Positions 28,530-39,533 of a stretch of DNA of 64,000 nucleotides are shown here, one piece after another; position 1 is the stretch's first letter; each line of letters begins with the position of its first letter. Origin of the DNA: Eledone cirrhosa (Eukaryota). The translations under genes and the position numbers were made by a program. The stretch covers positions 9,114,001 through 9,178,000 of the forward strand of contig OZ024765.1 of assembly GCA_964016885.1 (NCBI GenBank), in the 5' to 3' direction. The notes under the pieces were generated by a model, which saw only the letters and a program-made list of their open reading frames with translations, did not search any database and was not told the DNA's origin.

Positions 28530-28802
28530 GTAGGCATGTGGCCTAGTGGTAAGAGTGTTGGACTTAGGATCATAATGTCGTGGGTTCGATTCCTGGGTTG
28601 TGTGTTGTGTTCTTGAGCAAAACACTTCATTTCACGTTGCTCCAGTATACTCAGCTGAAAATGAGTACCAGCAATAGCTTGGGTTTAACCCTGTGATGGA
28701 CTGGTGTCCTGTCCAAGGGGGAGTCTTATACTCTCAGTCCCTTCACACCATGAAACTGGAATAAGCACTGATCAAATGAGCCTTCTGGCTTAAGACAGAC
28801 AG
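28530..28802 (+). mobile_element. Full-length tRNA-derived SINE with 11-bp TSD
   Basis: A box tggcctagtgg and B box ggttcgattcc. Flanked by attctaagagt at 28519-28529 and 28803-28813. Confidence 0.85.
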
Positions 28803-29162
28803 ATTCTAAGAGTATCTCTTTTCTTTATTTCCAGCCAAGCAAGGACCTGCTGGAGGCCCGGACGCCATGCTTTCCAGCATAGTTACGTCCCTTTACGATC
28901 TTGAGTTCAAATCCCGCCGAGGTTGACTTTGCCTTTCATCCTTACGGGGTCGATAAAATAAAGTACCAGTAATGCACTGGGTAATTGCTGGCCTTGTGCC
29001 AAAAGTCGAAACAATTATGACAAACCCCAGCAGTATAACTGGTATCCTAACAGTATCTCTTTTCTTTATTTCCAGCCAAGCAAGGGCCTGCTGGAGGCCC
29101 ATTATGACAAACCCCAGCAGTATAACTGGTATCCTAACAGTATCTCTTTTCTTTATTTCCAG

Positions 29163-29264
29163 CCAAGCAAGGACCTGCTGGAGGCCCATTATGTTGAACA
29201 TCAAAAGGAGGACTTCTTCAACCAGCTCATAACATACATGTCCTCTGGCCCAGTATTTGCTATG
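29163..29264 (+). CDS. NME3-like NDK, coding exon 2
   Basis: Acceptor ttttctttatttccag; PSKDLLEAHYVEHQKEDFFNQLITYMSSGPVFAM; donor gtcagt. 102 nt. Confidence 0.93.
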
Positions 29265-29802
29265 GTCAGTCTCTGGTTTATTTTTATTTTTATTTCATTA
29301 GTTGGTGTTCTACCCTAGTTACCTTATTGTTGTCACAAGATGGGGGGGGGGGGGGCAACGTCGTCTCCTTCTATCTGTCACGCACACACACACTTACACA
29401 CACACTCATGCACATACACACGCACAAACACTCACATTCACACACACTCACACATACACACTCACAGACACATACACATTCACATACACACACTCACTCT
29501 CCTTAAACAAATGGAGTTCCCTTTTCTCTCTCTATGTAGATATCTCTCACTTGGCACCCCCCCCCCTCTATACAGTGAGTGTGACGGACAGACAGACACA
29601 CAACGTTTTTATTATAATATAGATTACTCTGAGGTCTATGGTACAGATTGACAGACTCGGTAGAAGGTCGGACGCCATGCTTCGCAGCATGGAGTTATGG
29701 CCCTTTATGTTCTGAGTCCAAATCCCGCTAAGGTTAACTTTGCCTTTCATCCTTACGGAGTCGATAAAATAAAGTACCAGTAATACACTGGGGTTGATTT
29801 AA

Positions 29803-29950
29803 CCCTTTAGCATTTACATTACTCTATATATACTATTGTATTTTCACAGTAAAGGCTTTACCTCGCATAATATCTCACATAACATTTACATTACTCTATA
29901 TATACTATTGTATTTTGACTGTAAAGGCTTTACCTCACATAATATCTCAC
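29803..29950 (+). mobile_element. Truncated piggyBac-like MITE (2 x 72-bp units) abutting the exon 3 acceptor
   Basis: TTAA-ccctttagcatttacattactc start. Confidence 0.7.
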
Positions 29951-29978
29951 CTAAAAATGTGTTCTATTTATCCTTCAG

Positions 29979-30091
29979 GTACTTGAGGGGACAGAAGTCG
30001 TAGAGATGTGTCAAAAAATTATAGGGGCCCCAAAACCCCAGGAATCAGAGCTTGGTACCATTCGAAGTGATTATGCTATTGAAATGAAAAG
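29979..30091 (+). CDS. NME3-like NDK, coding exon 3
   Basis: Acceptor tccttcag; VLEGTEVVEMCQKIIGAPKPQESELGTIRSDYAIEMK(R); donor gtaagt. 113 nt, phase 2. Confidence 0.93.
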
Positions 30092-30139
30092 GTAAGTCTT
30101 AATTTTCTTCCTTTCTTTCTCTTTCTTTCTCTCTCGCTT

Positions 30140-30525
30140 TCTGTAAAGTGGTTATGTCAGTGTCATGACAAAAGGTACCCAGTCCACACTGTAAAGTGTA
30201 GGTGTCACGATAAAAAGCACCCAGTCTACACTAAAGTGGTCATGTAGGTGTCGCAATAAAAAGCACCCAGTCCTCACTGTGTAGGTGTCATGACAAAAAG
30301 CAGTAAGTCCACACTGTAAAGTGGTCATGTAGGTGTCATGACAAAAAGCACTGTCCACACTGTAAAGTGGTTGGTGTTAAGAAATACATCCAGCCATAGA
30401 AACCAAGCCAGAATCAGTTCTGTATGAGCAAAAAACAGTCATCTGATCTGACTTGTCTCACAACGGGGCAGCTTGTCTCACCCATGCTAGTGTGGAAAAA
30501 TGGACTTTAAACAGTGATGACGATG
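30140..30525 (+). mobile_element. SINE with ~5 degenerate internal 48-bp units
   Basis: Same unit and 3' part as 27050-28140. Confidence 0.75.
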
Positions 30526-30549
30526 TGAGATTTTATATATTGAATATGT

Positions 30550-31090
30550 TTCTACAGAGATGTCTTAGGAGAGAATCACTGGACAGATTTGTAACTCAAA
30601 GATCAAAGAGTCACTCCAGATAGAACTGCAACTTCTCCGAATTAAGAGATCACAACTGAGATACTATGGACATGTGGTTAGAATATCCCAGGAAAGAATC
30701 TCTGAATTGAGAGATCACAGCTCTGATACTACAGACATGTGGTTAGAATATCCCAGGAAAGAATCTCTGAATGTAGACATCACAGCTCTGATACTACAGA
30801 CATGTGGTTAGAATATCCCAGGAAAGAATCTCTGAATTGAGACATCACAGCTCTGATACTACAGACATGTGGTTAGAATATCTCAGGAAAGAATCACTGG
30901 ACAGATTTTATGAGTAAAACCAACTGGCAAGGAGACCCATGGTTGGATAACATCCATGAACTTGGCTGGTAACACTTGGGGAACCAGGCGGATCAGTTGG
31001 ACACAGTTGCTTCTGACAGGACCTGCTGGGAAGAGTGTTTGAGGACTCTGACCCCCAAAGCACCTCTCAGGATTAAGTGGGAGAAGATGT
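30550..31090 (+). mobile_element. RTE-like LINE 3' fragment with internal ~60-bp tandem duplications
   Basis: Encodes ...QLRYYGHVVRISQERI... repeatedly. Related minus-strand fragment at ~33500-33690. Confidence 0.6.
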
Positions 31091-31221
31091 TTGTTTTCTT
31101 ATAGCCCTGTAAAGATAATATTGATAATGATTTCTGATTTAGACACAAGGCCAACAATTTTGCGGGAGGGGAAAGTCCATTAAATCAATCCCAGTTCATT
31201 ACTGGTACTATATTTTATTAA

Positions 31222-32005
31222 CCCTTTAGCATTTAAAGCAGCCATATCCAGTCAGAATTCTCTCACATCTTTCTGTCCACACCAGTTGTAACTGGCCACT
31301 CATACTGATGTTAAGGTATTGTTCTCAAAATAAATAATATTAAAATCTCATAGATCTGATATTATGTAAGGTAAAGCCGTTACAGTGAAAATACAATAGT
31401 ATATATAGAGTAATGTAAATGTTATGTGAGATATTATGTAAGGTAAAGCCGTTACAGTGAAAATACAATAGTATATATAGAGTAATGTAAATGTTATGTG
31501 AGATATTATGTAAGGTAAAGCCGTTACAGTGAAAATACAATAGTATATATAGAGTAATGTAAATGTTATATGAGATATTATGTGAGGTAAAGCCTTTACT
31601 GTGAAAATATAATAGTATATATAGAGTAATGTAAATGTTATGTGAGATATTATGTGAGGTAAAGACGTTACAGTGAAAATACAATAGTATATATAGAGTA
31701 ATGTAAATGTTATGTGAGATATTATATGAGGTAAAGCCTTTACTGTGACAATACAATAGTATATATAGAGTAATGTAAATGCTATGCGAGATATTATGTG
31801 AGGTAAAGCCTTTACTGTGAAAATACAATAGTATATATAGAGTAATGTAGATGTTATGTGAGATATTATGTGAGGTAAAGCCTTTACAGTGAAAATACAA
31901 TAGTATATATAGAGTATTGTAGATGTTATGTGAGATATTATGTGAGGTAAAGCCTTTACTGTGACAATACAATAGTATATATAGAGTAATGTAAATGCTA
32001 AAAGG
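31222..32005 (-). mobile_element. Complete piggyBac-like MITE with ~9 internal 72-bp units
   Basis: TTAA(31218-31221) ccctttagcattta ... taaatgctaaaagg TTAA(32006-32009). Confidence 0.85.
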
Positions 32006-32146
32006 TTAACGACAAAGCTAATCTCAGCAGGTTTTGAACTCAGATCGTAAAGGGGTGTAACTCTATGCCATAAAGCATGTTGTTCGACACTACCAATTAT
32101 TGGCAATGTCTGAAATTACTGTTTTTCTCTCTCAATCTCTCTCTAG

Positions 32147-32264
32147 GAACCTCATTTACGCCAGCGACTCCACCGAATCAGCAGAACGTGAAATAGATCT
32201 TTGGTTTTCTGAAGATGAACTTATCTCCTGGGATTGCACAGCTCACCATCTACGATATGAATGA
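32147..32264 (+). CDS. NME3-like NDK, terminal coding exon (catalytic His replaced by Tyr)
   Basis: Acceptor ctctctctag; (R)NLIYASDSTESAEREIDLWFSEDELISWDCTAHHLRYE*. The spliced CDS is 543 nt (180 aa) with no frameshift. Confidence 0.93.
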
Positions 32265-32859
32265 TTGGGGAGTTATTGTAGGGGAAGGGTTAGCTGGCCC
32301 CCGGGGGGGGGGGGGTAGCTGGCGGCGGTGACCGGGGGTAGAAGGGTATGGATGTGGGGTGAGGGTTAAAATAAATGATTGAGTTTCATTTTAGGGTTGT
32401 TTAGTGATGAGGGGGACACAGTGAATTGGAAGGGTCTGGTGGGGTGGGTAGGATGGAAGTGTCTGCTGGTGGGGTGAGGGTTAAGATACAGGATTGGGTT
32501 TCATTTGAGGGGGTGGGGGTGGAAGGGCCTGGGGGGGGAACATAATTGGGTTTAATTGTTGGAAGGTTTAGGGATTGGTGGGGGGGGAACGGGGGTTTGA
32601 AGTGTTTGGCCCCTCGTGCGTGGAAGGGTGGGGTGTGAAACAAAGTGATTCAGTTTTATTGGAGGAAGGTTCAGGTGGTGGTGAAGGGCACAGAGAGGTG
32701 AAGTGGGGTGTTGAAACAGCAGGGAAGGGATTCATGGGAGTTTGTGGGTCTTGAGAGTAACATAAGGGTTTGTGTAAAGCTTTAGTTTATTAGGCTGCTT
32801 TTTATTGTCATATGATGTTTAAAGGGGCCGAGAGGAGGTGTAGGATGGGGTGGGTGAAA

Positions 32860-33375
32860 CTACAACTACCACCACTACACTACCACCTATACACTACAAG
32901 AACTTCTACACTACTACCACATATACACCACTACACTACCACTACACTACACCACCCCTCTACTACCACCTATACACCACCACTACACTACCACCTATAC
33001 ACCACCACCACTACCACCTATACACCACCACCACTACACTACCACCTATACACCACCACCGCTACACTACCACCTATACACCACCACCACTACACTACCA
33101 CCTATACACCACCACCACTACCACCTATACAACACCACCACTACACTACCACCGCTACACTACCACCTATACACCACCACCACTACACTACCACCTATAC
33201 ACCACCACCACTACTACCTATACACCACCACTACACTACCACCTATACACCACCACCACTACTACCTATACACCACCACTACACTACCACCTATACACCA
33301 CCACCACCACCACCACCACTACTACCTATACACCACCACTACACCACCACTCCACTACTACCACCTATACACTAC
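32860..33375. repeat. (CAC/TAC)-rich low-complexity tandem repeat
   Basis: Variable unit ccaccactacactaccacctataca. Confidence 0.9.
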
Positions 33376-33807
33376 AGATCTCTATATTTGTTGTTATATT
33401 TCTAAAATGTGTGCTATTAACTTTGTTAATCAATAAAATATGTTTTGAACAATTAAATAAATTAATGAGTTTTGTTTAATTGAATATTCTTCTTGTTGGA
33501 GGCTCGTTAGGGGCAGAGTCCTTAAACACTCCCTCCATCAGGTCCTGTCAGAAGCAACTGTCTCCAAGTGAGACCAGTCAAGCTCAAGGATGTTATCCAA
33601 CCATCTTTCTCAGGGTCTACCCCTGGGTCTCCTGCCAGTTGGTTTTGCCTGTAAAATCTGTCCAGTGATTCTTTTCTGAGACATTCTAACCTTACAGAGT
33701 GTACTGGGTGTATTATATCACGACACCACTACCACTTTACAGAGTGAACTGGATGTATTATATCATGACACCAGTACTACCACTATATATATATGTGTTC
33801 AGCGTTA

Positions 33808-34075
33808 TTTCATTTCATTTCATTTCATTTGAGTTTGAGTCCATGCTCAGGCCAAGTCGAAGACTCCACCCTCAGAGTCTGGTGTGGTTGCCAGGTTGTA
33901 TTCTCTGTTTAATTTTGACATGTGTAGGAGCGAGTTTGAGTCAGTTTGTGCTCGTTGTGTATATCCTGGGAGATGGGGTTCATCTCTAATGGTGCTTAAG
34001 TATCTATCCAGCTGCAATTTGAATGATTCCACACTGCATCCTGATAGATTTCTGACATGTACCGGAATGGAGTTA
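33808..34075 (-). mobile_element. CR1/L2-like LINE 3' fragment with (ATGAA)n tail
   Basis: Encodes ESFKLQLDRYLSTIRDEPHLPGY...SNSL. Confidence 0.6.
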
Positions 34076-34310
34076 TGTCCAGGTCAGTAAAAAATCTTTA
34101 CCTGGGTCCTGTATTTTCATTGCTCTAGTGATGCGGTCGGACTGCCAACTGCTGTATCTAATTTGCTAAGCTGTCTGAACATGATGTTATACTCTGGGGT
34201 CTTACCTCATATGAGTGCTAAAGCTACTAACCGAATAAGCATACACGCTAGCTTGGCCGTATACTAGAGCTTCGTCTATGCTGTACTAAAATTTATATAT
34301 ATATATCATC

Positions 34311-34657
34311 ATTCATCATCATCATCATTTCATTTTACGTCCGCTTTTTCCCTGCTTGCAAGGGTGGGACGGGAACTGATTTTGGCTTGATTTCTACAGC
34401 TGGATGCCCTTCCTAACACCAACCTCATTTACAGTGAGTGCTGGGTGCTTTTTTGCCGTGGCACCTTCACGACCACTTTGCAGTGGAATGATAGGGACCC
34501 CAGTCCCTATCATCTCATTTCTACAGCTGAGTAAACTGGAGCAATGTGAAATAAAGTGTCTTGCTCAAGGAAACAACACATCACCCGGTCTGAGAATTGA
34601 ACTCACAACCTTTCGATTGCAAGGCCAATGCTCTAACCACTAAGCCATGTGCCTCCA
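34311..34657 (-). mobile_element. Full tRNA-headed SINE ending in the RTE-LINE tail
   Basis: Minus strand: tggcttagtgg (A box), gagttcaattc (B box), body, then cccgtcccacccttgcaagcagggaaaaagcggacgtaaaatga. Confidence 0.8.
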
Positions 34658-35159
34658 CATATATATATATAAACCTGTTTAGCTTGCTTCATTTTTTGGC
34701 TCCGGTGGTTGATAGCTCCATGACCCCCGTTTTCAGTTTGTTTGGCCTCCATAACGTATGTTTATTGCTCTTGGTCTTCTTTTAGTCCATTGAGCGCTTG
34801 CCGCATATCTCGAAAATAGCGTTTCGCTTTGTTTTTAACCACTGCAGAAATATGATCGCACTGAAATTATATTTGTATAAATATATATATATATCTTCTT
34901 AGTCAAATCGGACCAAGGAAACAATGTTTCCGTTGGTCTTTCCAATTGCTAATACTATCTATCGGTCGCAACTCCAGGTAGAAGAAGTAATGTGAAATAA
35001 AATGTCTTGCTCAAGGACAACGCATCACCTGGTCTCAGAGAGGGTGTTGTAAGATAACAGTTGGACCATAACCCACCAGAGTACTCGATAGTAGAGTGGG
35101 TAATATATATATATATATATATATATAAATATATATACACACACACACAGAAATACATA

Positions 35160-35314
35160 CAGTGAAATTCTGATATTACGAAAGTCACAGGGTATAAAAA
35201 AAAATTCGTTGTAACGAAAATTTCTTTAAAACGAGATCGAGGGTCTGTTATTACCTCGGGGATTGAAAAAAAATTCGTTATACTGAAAAATTCATTATAA
35301 CTGAATTTTACCTA
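35160..35314. mobile_element. Small Tc1/pogo-type MITE plus two duplicated terminal fragments to ~35385
   Basis: ta-cagtgaaattctgatattacgaa ... ttcattataactgaattttacc-ta. The fragment caggtaaaattccgttataacgaa follows. Confidence 0.55.
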
Positions 35315-35484
35315 TATATACAGGTAAAATTCCGTTATAACGAATATATATATACATACAAGTAAAATTCCATTATAACGAATATATATATATATGTGTG
35401 TGTGTTTAATGGTAGCTATGATGCTTCCATAGGTGGTATGCCAGTTGAGCACTCTATGTTCTTACAGAGCAGAGTGTTATATAA

Positions 35485-35792
35485 TATAAAACGAAAAATC
35501 AGTGATGCATCTGGACTCAGTTTATTGTGTGTTACAATTGTTTCGCCGGCAGATAGCTCGAGGCACGATCTTTGTAGGGGTCTGTCTGATTCTAGATCTG
35601 CAGGTTCTTCGGACACATGCATTACTTTCGTGAGAAAATTTGTTCTGAAAGTATTGCATGTGTCCGAAGAACCTACAGGTCTAGAATCAGACAGATCCAT
35701 ACAGTGATCGTGTCTCGAGCTAACTGCCGGCGAAACAATTGTAACACACAATAAACTGAGTCCAGATGCATCACTGATTTTTCGTTTTATAT
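35485..35792. repeat. ~300-bp foldback inverted repeat (arms ~145 bp) with degenerate hammerhead-like motif in each arm
   Basis: Arm aaaacgaaaaatcagtgatgcatctgg...tactttc pairs with gaaagta...ccagatgcatcactgatttttcgtttt. Contains GAAACaauuGUAacac. Confidence 0.9.
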
Positions 35793-35965
35793 ATATATAT
35801 ATATATATTGGAATAAATGCTCTGAAATAGCGATATATATGTGAATATAGACATAGAATATTCGAAAATATTCTGTATGTTTATAATAAACATTTTGAAG
35901 ACCTAATCGCTATAGAATAGAATACGTCACGTATTACAATTAGATTCTCGATAAAAGCAAGGGAA

Positions 35966-36008
35966 GTAATCTACGCGTTTCATTCTTATTAGAAATCTTC
36001 AGGACTAC
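35966..36008 (-). ncRNA. Minimal type I hammerhead ribozyme (identical copies at 36276-36318 and 36586-36628, minus strand)
   Basis: guaguc CUGAAGA u uucu aaua agaa u GAAAC GC GUA gauuac. Confidence 0.78.
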
Positions 36009-37086
36009 ATATCCAGTGCTTTTATCGAGAATGACACAGCTAGAGACTTATAGAATACTTAGCTGTGTACATGAACTGGTTTGAAAGAGCGGTTGCCGGT
36101 CCGGCAGAAATTAGAAATTGGAATAAATGCTCTGAAATAGCGATATATATGTGAATATAGACATAGAATATTCGAAAATATTCTGTATGTTTATAATAAA
36201 CATTTTGAAGACCTAATCGCTATAGAATAGAATACGTCACGTATTACAATTAGATTCTCGATAAAAGCAAGGGAAGTAATCTACGCGTTTCATTCTTATT
36301 AGAAATCTTCAGGACTACATATCCAGTGCTTTTATCGAGAATGACACAGCTAGAGACTTATAGAATACTTAGCTGTGTACATGAACTGGTTTGAAAGAGC
36401 GGTTGCCGGTCCGGCAGAAATTAGAAATTGGAATAAATGCTCTGAAATAGCGATATATATGTGAATATAGACATAGAATATTCGAAAATATTCTGTATGT
36501 TTATAATAAACATTTTGAAGACCTAATCGCTATAGAATAGAATACGTCACGTATTACAATTAGATTCTCGATAAAAGCAAGGGAAGTAATCTACGCGTTT
36601 CATTCTTATTAGAAATCTTCAGGACTACATATCCAGTGCTTTTATCGAGAATGACACAGCTAGAGACTTATAGAATACTTAGCTGTGTACATGAACTGGT
36701 TTGAAAGAGCGGTTGCCGGTCCGGCAGAAATTAGAAATTGGAATAAATGCTCTGAAATAGCGATATATATGTGAATATAGACATAGAATATTCTAATAAG
36801 AATGAAACGCGTAGATTACTTCCCTTGCTTTTATCGAGAATCTAATTGTAATACGTGACGTATTCTATTCTATAGCGATTAGGTCTTCAAAATGTTTATT
36901 ATAAACATACAGAATATTTTCGAATATTCTATGTCTATATTCACATATATATCGCTATTTCAGAGCATTTATTCCAATTTCTAATTTCTGCCGGACCGGC
37001 AACCGCTCTTTCAAACCAGTTCATGTACACAGCTAAGTATTCTATAAGTCTCTAGCTGTGTCATTCTCGATAAAAGCACTGGATAT

Positions 37087-37129
37087 GTAGTCCTGAAGAT
37101 TTCTAATAAGAATGAAACGCGTAGATTAC
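37087..37129 (+). ncRNA. Minimal type I hammerhead ribozyme (inverted copy)
   Basis: gtagtc CTGAAGA tttctaataagaat GAAAC GC GTA gattac. Stem I is 6 bp with one G-U pair, and stem III is the palindrome ACGCGU. Confidence 0.78.
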
Positions 37130-37241
37130 TTCCCTTGCTTTTATCGAGAATCTAATTGTAATACGTGACGTATTCTATTCTATAGCGATTAGGTCTTCAA
37201 AATGTTTATTATAAACATACAGAATATTTTCGAATATTCTA

Positions 37242-37273
<32 letters not shown>

Positions 37274-37276
<3 letters not shown>

Positions 37277-37455
37277 GAACAAGTAAGACCCCGACGGCTG
37301 AGCTCAAGCCGTTTCGACGGCGAATTAGCTGTCGAAACGGCTTGAGCTCAGCCGTCGGGGTCTTACTGGTTCCTATTACCCACTCTACTACCCTAAGTAT
37401 TGAGTACTTTGGTGCGTTCTGGTCCACCTGGTTCCTTACCACATTTCCTTCGTTA
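37274..37455. mobile_element. Short inverted-repeat element with hammerhead 3' halves (family D)
   Basis: ~46-bp arms containing GAAACGGCU ugagcuc AGCCGUC gggguc. Partial copies at 39529-39580 and 54190-54290. Confidence 0.65.
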
Positions 37456-37638
37456 TATATAGATATATATATAAATGAAAAGTATAGAAATTATTGTAGC
37501 AAGAAGCCAACAGTATTCCATAATATATAAGTGACTATAGCGTCAAAATGGGAAAATAGTTAACGTAAGATCATTATATATATATATATATATTAATTCA
37601 AAATATTAACAAAAATAGACATTCGTGTGATCAAGTAT

Positions 37639-37703
37639 ATTTTATTATACATATTTCAGAGGTACTGAGCTATCTTCAACAGTACGTCCTCATCAGATAA
37701 AAT
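37639..37703 (-). ncRNA. Type I hammerhead ribozyme motif (intact core, AUA site)
   Basis: auuuuau CUGAUGA ggac guacug..caguac cucu GAAA uaugua U A auaaaau. Stem I is 7 bp and stem II is long. Confidence 0.7.
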
Positions 37704-37711
37704 AAGATGAT

Positions 37712-38142
37712 GCATGACTTTCGTAGACATTTTTTCACGCTCAGAGTTGCTGAAGCATGGAACAAACTGCCTGCGTCAATTGTTCGCTGCCGAGACACTG
37801 CATCCTTTAAGACACTCATGCTTCCCGAAATACGCCAAAACTACACCTGATGTACCCCTTCCATACACATGCACACGTGTGTATCATGACTCGTGCACTG
37901 TTCATTTTACTGATGTTTGTGCATTGCCCTATGTACTGTACATGCACTTTTTTGATGAGTTGTGGTGCACCTGGGCACTGTACACAATATTTCATTATTG
38001 TTATTGTTATTATATCATGACTCGTACACTGTTCATTTTCCTGACATTTGTACATTATTCTATGTACTATACATGCACCTTTGATGAGTTGTAGTGCACC
38101 TGAGCACTGTACACAATAATTTCATTATTATTATTATTATTA
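37712..38142 (+). mobile_element. CR1-type LINE 3' end with (TTA)n tail
   Basis: Encodes RRHFFTLRVAEAWNKLPASIV...SFK. The 3' UTR segment is duplicated. Confidence 0.7.
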
Positions 38143-39258
38143 TACCTTGACTAAGTAGATGGTTAAAGTTCAGTCATGGCAGTCATATGTAAATATACAT
38201 AGACACTCGCTGCACTGAGTTTAGAGTTATCTCCCCTGTCCTCTCAACCATCCCCACCACCATCATCAATCAAAACAATGTCTCCCACACAGTGACTGGT
38301 CTGACCAGAAATTTGCTGACTCTCTCTCTTTTCGCTTTCTATCTATCTGGTTATCTCTTTCCCTCTCTCTTTCTCTGACTGACTGCCAATCCCCCTCCTT
38401 CTCTCTGGCTGTCTGTCTCGCTTTCGCTCTCCCTCCCTCTCTCTATCTTACTCATTCTCCTCTCCCGCTCTCGTTCTATCGCTAACAACCTGTCACACCC
38501 ACTCTCTCTCTCTAACAGCCTCTCTTCCCCTCTTTCACTAACCGTCTGTCACACTCTCTCTCCCCTTCACTCACTTTCTCTCTCTGTCAGACTGACTGCC
38601 TGTCTTTAATGCCGCACTATGACAGCCGCGGAGCACCTACCGTCTAAAGGTAAATATATATTATATACACACAGAATCTGGTTATATATCACATATATAT
38701 ACACATTATACATCATCTATAGACGTAATATGATATAATTTATAAAGAGAGAGATTGACTGAGCAACCGGATAGAGCAGGGAAAATATTTCATTTAATAG
38801 AAGTGTATATATATATATATACACACACACACTTGTGTATATATATATACACACACACTTGTGTATATATATATATATACACACACACTTGTGTATATAT
38901 ATATATATATACACACACGTGTATATATATATATACACACACGTGTATATATATATATACACACACTTGTGTGTATATATATATATACACACACTTGTGT
39001 ATATATATATATATACACACATTTGTGTATATATATATATATATACATACACTTGTGTGTATATATATATACACACACTTGTGTGTATATATATATACAC
39101 ACACTTGTGTGTATATATATATACACACACTTGTGTGTATATATATATACACACACTTGTGTGTATATATATATATATATACATACACTTTATATATATA
39201 TATATATATATACACACACAGTATATATGTTTGTGTGTATATATATATATATGCGTAC

Positions 39259-39310
<52 letters not shown>

Positions 39311-39311
39311 C

Positions 39312-39344
<33 letters not shown>

Positions 39345-39479
39345 CATATATATATGTGTGTGTGTGTGTCTGTGTGTGCATATATATGTGTGTGTGTGTG
39401 CATATATGTGTGTGTGTGTGTGCATATATATATATATATATACACACATATAGGGGTGTGTGTGTACATATATATATAC

Positions 39480-39533
<54 letters not shown>

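Larger units (their letters stand above)
35808..37250. mobile_element. Retrozyme-like array: 310-bp unit x ~3.2 direct, then x ~1.5 inverted, one hammerhead per unit (family A)
   Basis: gaataaatgc recurs at 35811, 36121, 36431 and 36741. Orientation flips at palindrome tagaatattcta (36784-36795). (TA)n lies on both flanks. Confidence 0.85.

Noticed and set aside
28530-28610. tRNA gene (also 34580-34657 and 49795-49865)
   Set aside because: The A/B boxes continue into a shared SINE body, one copy has a TSD, and no clean cloverleaf is evident.
32812-33479. Thr/Pro/His-rich mucin-like ORFs
   Set aside because: Low-complexity CAC/TAC repeat downstream of the NDK stop, open in two frames with no splice support.
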